Position numbers and translations under genes: made by a program. Shown here piece by piece: positions 60,401 through 64,000 of a stretch of 64,000 bases of DNA. The stretch's first letter is position 1. Each line of letters begins with the position of its first letter. A model generated the notes under the pieces. That model saw only the letters and a list, made by a program, of their open reading frames with translations. It did not search any database and was not told the DNA's origin. Origin of the DNA: Phycisphaerae bacterium (lineage in GTDB: Bacteria; Planctomycetota; Phycisphaerae; UBA1845); NCBI GenBank assembly GCA_963666835.2, contig CAXXGO010000005.1, positions 192,001 through 256,000 on the forward strand. Reading direction: 5' to 3'.

Positions 60401-63400
60401 GTTATGTCGCATTCATCTGCGATTCCGTTTGTGTTGCAGTCCTCGCATTCATCCGGCAGTCCGTTGGCGTTGCAGTCGTCGCTGATGCCAGGCCCCGGTG
60501 GACCGGGCGCATCGTCTGCAACATCGCATTCATCTGCCCAGCCGTTTCCATTACAGTCCTCGCAGTCGTCTGCGATTCCATTATTGTTGCAGTCGTTGGC
60601 GGCGCCCGTGACAAGATCGCATTCGTCGGGAATGCCGTTTTCGTTACAGTCCGACGATCCCCATCCGGCGACATCGCATTCGTCGGGGATCTCGTTGCTG
60701 TTGCAGTCGACGCTCACCCCGGAAACAACATCACATTCGTCCGGGATTAAGTTGACGTTGCAGTCGTAGCTGATTCCCGCGGTCAGGTCGCAAATGTCTG
60801 CAAAACCGTTGCCGTTGCAGTCTTCGCATTCATCCGGAACGCCGTTCTCGTCGCAATCCACGCTGATCCCCGCGGCCAGGTCGCATTCATCGGCAATACC
60901 GTTTTCGTTGCAGTCCGGTTCGCAATCGTCCGGGACACCGTTGTGGTTGCAGTCGGCGGCGAAGGCCAAATCACACGCATCAGGTACACCGTTTCCGTTG
61001 CAGTCCTTCGCCAAGCCGACCGCGATGTCGCAAGTGTCCGCGATTCCATTCTCATCGCAGTCCGTGCCGCGCGTGCAGCCGGGTATCGGTACGTGGATCG
61101 TGAGCGGTTCCAGTATGAAATGGTCAACAAAACCTTCCGGGTCGAGATGCAATTGGGGCTTCCCATCACCGCCCGGCACAAGATCGACGGTGAAGTCGCC
61201 AAGGGCGTCATCCGACACATTCAATACTAGCGTGCCGCAATACACGGGATAGTCGGGCTCCAGGACTGAGGCGTACATGGGAACGGCACCATAGGTGTAA
61301 TCCGGTGGCTCGGTCGAGACCGCGGTGATGGTGGCCATTCCGAAGAACGCGAAGTCCTCCCTTTGCTGGTTGATGAACGCGCCGCTGCTCGGGGTTGGGT
61401 CGGTCTGCGGAGCAAGCGACCCGCGCGGACCGCTATCGAAGCCGGCGGAATCGATCGACGCTTCGTACATGTCCAACTTCCGCTGTCCCCAGTTCCGCAG
61501 GTACAGCTCGGTGGTGACGGTATCACCGGCACGGACTTCGATCTCTGAAGCCGGGCCGTCGGGCAAGGGGATGCCGTTTACCGCCGCGGCCATAAGAGAG
61601 AAGACCGGAGCGCAGTTTGCGATTAACACATTCCGGCAGAGTCCGTGGTCACACTGATGATCTGTGCAAGGGTTACCATCCTCGCAGTCTTCCGGCGACC
61701 GACATTCGATACATCGGTTGGTGAGTTCATCGCAAACTCTCCCTGGACATGGATTCGTCCCGGCCAGGCAGAGGTTGTCGATACACTCTTCAACTCCGTT
61801 GCAGAACCAGCCGTCGTCGCACTCAGCCTGACTGTCGCAGAACTCGCACACATCCACAACGCCATTGCCGTTGGTATCCTCGGCGGAGCCGTCTAGTATC
61901 TCGCAGGCGTCGGGAGACTCGTTTGAGTTACAGTCGGCAAAGAACGGGGACTCGCTCGCTCCGAGGTCTACGCGACAATGCTGCACCCGCGGTTCTCCGT
62001 CGAGGTCGGTGGCGGTGGCGGAGAAGAAGGCCGGGTCGCCGGCGTCGATGCAGGGGGAGTTGTCGGTCAGGTGGTAATCGCCGCCGGCGATGAAGGCGGG
62101 GTCGGCGTCGAGGTTGCCCGTGCCCACCCAGCCGCCTTCCACGTCACTGTACGAAACGGTCGGCTCTCCGAAGATCTGGTCCGGGCCGGTCTCGCCGAGG
62201 TTGCCCCATAGAATACTGCTGGTCACCGTCGGGATCGCGTCGTTGCAGTGCAACGCTCCGCCGCGGTAGCCGTCGGCGAGGTTGTCCACGATAGTGCAGT
62301 TGCGAATCAACGCGTTGCTCAGATAGCACGCGATTCCGCCGCCGAGGAACGACTGGTTACCCGAAATCACGCTGTCGGTGATGGCGGCCGGGCTGTTCTC
62401 GAAACAGTAGACCCCGCCGCCCGAGTTGGTCGTCTCGTTCCCGGTAATCGTACACCGGTCGATCGCCGGGCTGCTCCGCTCACAATAAATCCCACCGCCG
62501 CCGTATTCCACGAGAATCGTCGGCGCGATCGAGTTATCCTGCAACACGCAACGCCTTATCGTCGGATTGCTGTCCACGCAGTAGATCGCCCCGCCGCGAT
62601 ACGAGCCGAAGGTGCTGCCCACTGCGGCCGTGCCGTTGCGGATCGTCAAACCGTCCAGGACCGCCGATCTGGTTTCATGACTGTGGAAGAAGAAACCCCG
62701 ACCTGCGCCCTGTGGATCGATGACCGTACCGGCCACGACTGCCGCGTTCGCCGGGTCGGTGCTCTGTAGGGTGATCAGCCGACCGCCGAAGTCCAGGTCC
62801 CGGTTATGGCGGCCTTGATAGACGCCCTCGGCGACGATTACGCGATTACCCGAGATGGCCGCGTTGATCGCCGGTTGGATGGCGCAGAACGGGTCCTCGA
62901 TTGTACCGGTCCCCGGACCTGAGCAGTTCGCATCAACATACAGTATGCGCTCGCGGTCCTCACAAACGTCGGGAACGCTGTTGTGGTTGAAGTCCTCGGT
63001 AAGACCCTCCGCAGTCTCGCAGGCATCCCACTCTCCGTTGTCGTTGCAGTCGGCGGATGTGTCCTGACAGATGTCGGGCACTCCGTCAGCGTTACAGTCT
63101 GCGACGGTCCCGGATTCAATATCGCAGCTATCCGCAACGTTGTTCGAGTTGCAGTCCGGTTCGCAGTCGTCCGGGACGCCGTTGTAGTTGCAGTCGGCCA
63201 CCAGAAGGTCGATTACGTCGCAGTCGTCGGGAATCCCGTTACCGTTGCAGTCCGGTTCGCAGGCGTCGACCAGATCATTACCGTTGCAGTCGCCGGCCAA
63301 ACCAGACTCGATGTCGCAGCTATCGGGGATGCCGTTGCCGTCGCAGTCGATCTCGCAAACGTCCAGCAGGCCGTTCCCGGAGCAATCCAGGTCCGGATTC

Positions 63401-64000
63401 GCGGTGATCTCGGCGTCGTCCGTCTGGCCGTTGCCATCGCAGTCCGTGGGAATCTGCGGCGACACGCATAACGAGAACGACTGCGGACCGGCCGGTACGC
63501 CATAGCCGAAGACCTCGACCAGCCACAGGCCTTCCGCCGGATCGTCCACGAGAACTTGCTCGATGTTGTTGAGATGGTCGGCTCGAACGCGCGTAGCCGG
63601 GGCGGCCGGGTCCGCCGGATCGAGTGTCCAGGGATAGTGGCGATTGCCCTGTGGATCAAAGACCCGAAGATCGAGGTCATTGACCAGAGCCCGGGTAACG
63701 TTCGGCGCTGCGGGGTAGTCGTCCCAGGCCAGGGTTATCTTCAGCTCGCCGTCGTCCGGGTCGACCTGCACCAGTAGGGGGTATCGTTCGCCCTGATCCA
63801 GTTGCCCTTCGCGGAACCGCTCCGTGCGCAGGAAGTCGATGCTGTCGCGGATACGCACCGAGCCGTATCCGTTTTGATAGTCCGGGCCGCGATTGCCCAG
63901 GTCGGCGGCGTTGTGGGTCAGGATCGCCTTGATCGTGGCGTTGCGGGGGTCGGCCGCAGCGGGCAGTAGGGTTCGGTAATCCTCCAGTAACAGTGCGATC
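57427..64000 (-). CDS. Giant modular S8 peptidase (5' part beyond the right edge) with two parallel beta-helix regions, ~40 DCNxNGxPDxC repeats, two cohesin-like domains and a C-terminal dockerin-like domain
   Basis: Frame stays open past 63858 to the edge and reads IALLLEDY..NATIKAILTHNAADLGNRGPDYQNGYG (subtilase C-terminus). It continues with LAWDD..NDLDL..NNIEQV and ends PGDVDGDGTTDMSDL..DLNRSGTATASDI. Confidence 0.9.
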   Translation of the reverse strand, partial: IALLLEDYRTLLPAAADPRNATIKAILTHNAADLGNRGPDYQNGYGSVRIRDSIDFLRTERFREGQLDQGERYPLLVQVDPDDGELKITLAWDDYPAAPNVTRALVNDLDLRVFDPQGNRHYPWTLDPADPAAPATRVRADHLNNIEQVLVDDPAEGLWLVEVFGYGVPAGPQSFSLCVSPQIPTDCDGNGQTDDAEITANPDLDCSGNGLLDVCEIDCDGNGIPDSCDIESGLAGDCNGNDLVDACEPDCNGNGIPDDCDVIDLLVADCNYNGVPDDCEPDCNSNNVADSCDIESGTVADCNADGVPDICQDTSADCNDNGEWDACETAEGLTEDFNHNSVPDVCEDRERILYVDANCSGPGTGTIEDPFCAIQPAINAAISGNRVIVAEGVYQGRHNRDLDFGGRLITLQSTDPANAAVVAGTVIDPQGAGRGFFFHSHETRSAVLDGLTIRNGTAAVGSTFGSYRGGAIYCVDSNPTIRRCVLQDNSIAPTILVEYGGGGIYCERSSPAIDRCTITGNETTNSGGGVYCFENSPAAITDSVISGNQSFLGGGIACYLSNALIRNCTIVDNLADGYRGGALHCNDAIPTVTSSILWGNLGETGPDQIFGEPTVSYSDVEGGWVGTGNLDADPAFIAGGDYHLTDNSPCIDAGDPAFFSATATDLDGEPRVQHCRVDLGASESPFFADCNSNESPDACEILDGSAEDTNGNGVVDVCEFCDSQAECDDGWFCNGVEECIDNLCLAGTNPCPGRVCDELTNRCIECRSPEDCEDGNPCTDHQCDHGLCRNVLIANCAPVFSLMAAAVNGIPLPDGPASEIEVRAGDTVTTELYLRNWGQRKLDMYEASIDSAGFDSGPRGSLAPQTDPTPSSGAFINQQREDFAFFGMATITAVSTEPPDYTYGAVPMYASVLEPDYPVYCGTLVLNVSDDALGDFTVDLVPGGDGKPQLHLDPEGFVDHFILEPLTIHVPIPGCTRGTDCDENGIADTCDIAVGLAKDCNGNGVPDACDLAFAADCNHNGVPDDCEPDCNENGIADECDLAAGISVDCDENGVPDECEDCNGNGFADICDLTAGISYDCNVNLIPDECDVVSGVSVDCNSNEIPDECDVAGWGSSDCNENGIPDECDLVTGAANDCNNNGIADDCEDCNGNGWADECDVADDAPGPPGPGISDDCNANGLPDECEDCNTNGIADECDITEGNSGDCNGNWIPDECEDCNGNGFADECDVNAGTSADLNGDGVPDECDPCADLNCDDGLFCNGQETCSGGTCVEGTAPCIEMRCDEQLDECVECLTDSDCADGNSCTVNTCENGVCQYALRSGSCDDDNRCTADDECANGGCAGLPIPGCGAAISLRAAAVNSTALPQGPVDRVIVEPGDTVNCEIHLEGWTPDALRSYRATVDAAGFTSAAIGVLTPSTTPHATAGAYIDRYRAAYPFRHSPSIATVLRGRPDYEYSAIGIHQSVVEAETPSYGGTLILEVSQGAAGAFVVGFDCSDGQTVLLDDNSEPIGSLQLHPLTISVLPSGCTGGPDCNKNGIRDDCDLSLGQSPDCNGNNIPDDCDVAKGGASEDCTHNGVPDECEPDCNHNGIADSCDIAAAAGRDCNDNGIPDECEDCDGNGLADECEIADGIAPDCNDNGVPDKCDIAAGTSLDCTGNGTPDECESDCNGNGVADSCDIAGATSVDLEDNGVPDECQAVRHVPADFTTIQQAIDAALPGDVVEVADGVYTRFGNVALDFAGKNLTVRSANGPAACIIDGGGSQPAFVFQNGEGLESQIYGFTITNSRGIECDNSGPTIRNCIITGNHSAGITCRNGSSPRIVGCLITGNQGVAGGGISSSYSDPVIRHCTIVGNTASFCGGALHATAGRPAVSMCILWSNTALTGTEIDLRSNSAMAITYSDIQRGTAGAGLIHSAFSQTTGNLAIDPGFTDADHGDFRLAEISRCINAGDPAFSPLDGETDLAGASRVLFGTADLGAYEASAFADCNYNTVPDWLDITGATSNDCNGNRVPDECDPYARIIVGSDPPTGAIDARQPFDPAGGASCGWQIVNLVFDGGATGLTAADFSVAATGGSGPTPQIRSVTVADDEHVEVVLRRPLDPGTRTTISYTCNGSRIALGYLPGDVDGDGTTDMSDLQALIDSVTGTTDLPLWSTDLNRSGTATASDILREIDLLNGAGQLDPWLGELLP

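Noticed and set aside
63856..63858. Start codon of the 2143-aa ORF
   Set aside because: The frame continues to the window edge with subtilase C-terminal sequence, so the gene is 5'-truncated.

Overview
GC-rich bacterial chromosomal window, most likely Planctomycetota (Phycisphaerae-like). This is inferred from DCNxNGxPDxC repeat proteins, dockerin-like tails, DUF1570, a PQQ-type propeller, a MoxR/vWA operon and an spd-type EF-G. Housekeeping content: thrC, fusA, ffh, an aldehyde dehydrogenase, a UbiD-family decarboxylase, an RRM protein and a doubly frameshifted rlmD. A small nucleotide-sugar/glycosylation locus lies at 6.3-13.6 kb. The window holds an unusually rich set of large secreted modular proteins: two S8 subtilases, an M1 aminopeptidase, a papain-like C1 peptidase with IPTL-CTERM and an FGE-sulfatase-domain protein. 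A Cys-Cys-repeat protein at the left edge is absent from the supplied ORF track because it runs off the window. The best candidate for a system is this surface-protease set. Two unrelated peptidases share a ~190-aa C-terminal module, and the giant right-edge subtilase carries a duplicated cohesin-like domain plus a dockerin-like end, suggesting a cellulosome-style proteolytic assembly. Intergenic DNA holds many distinct REP-like palindrome families, a perfect 42-bp palindrome and a ~450-bp mosaic direct repeat bracketing the FGE gene. No rRNA, tRNA, CRISPR array, transposase or reverse transcriptase was recognised. All calls come from motif reading; no searches were run.
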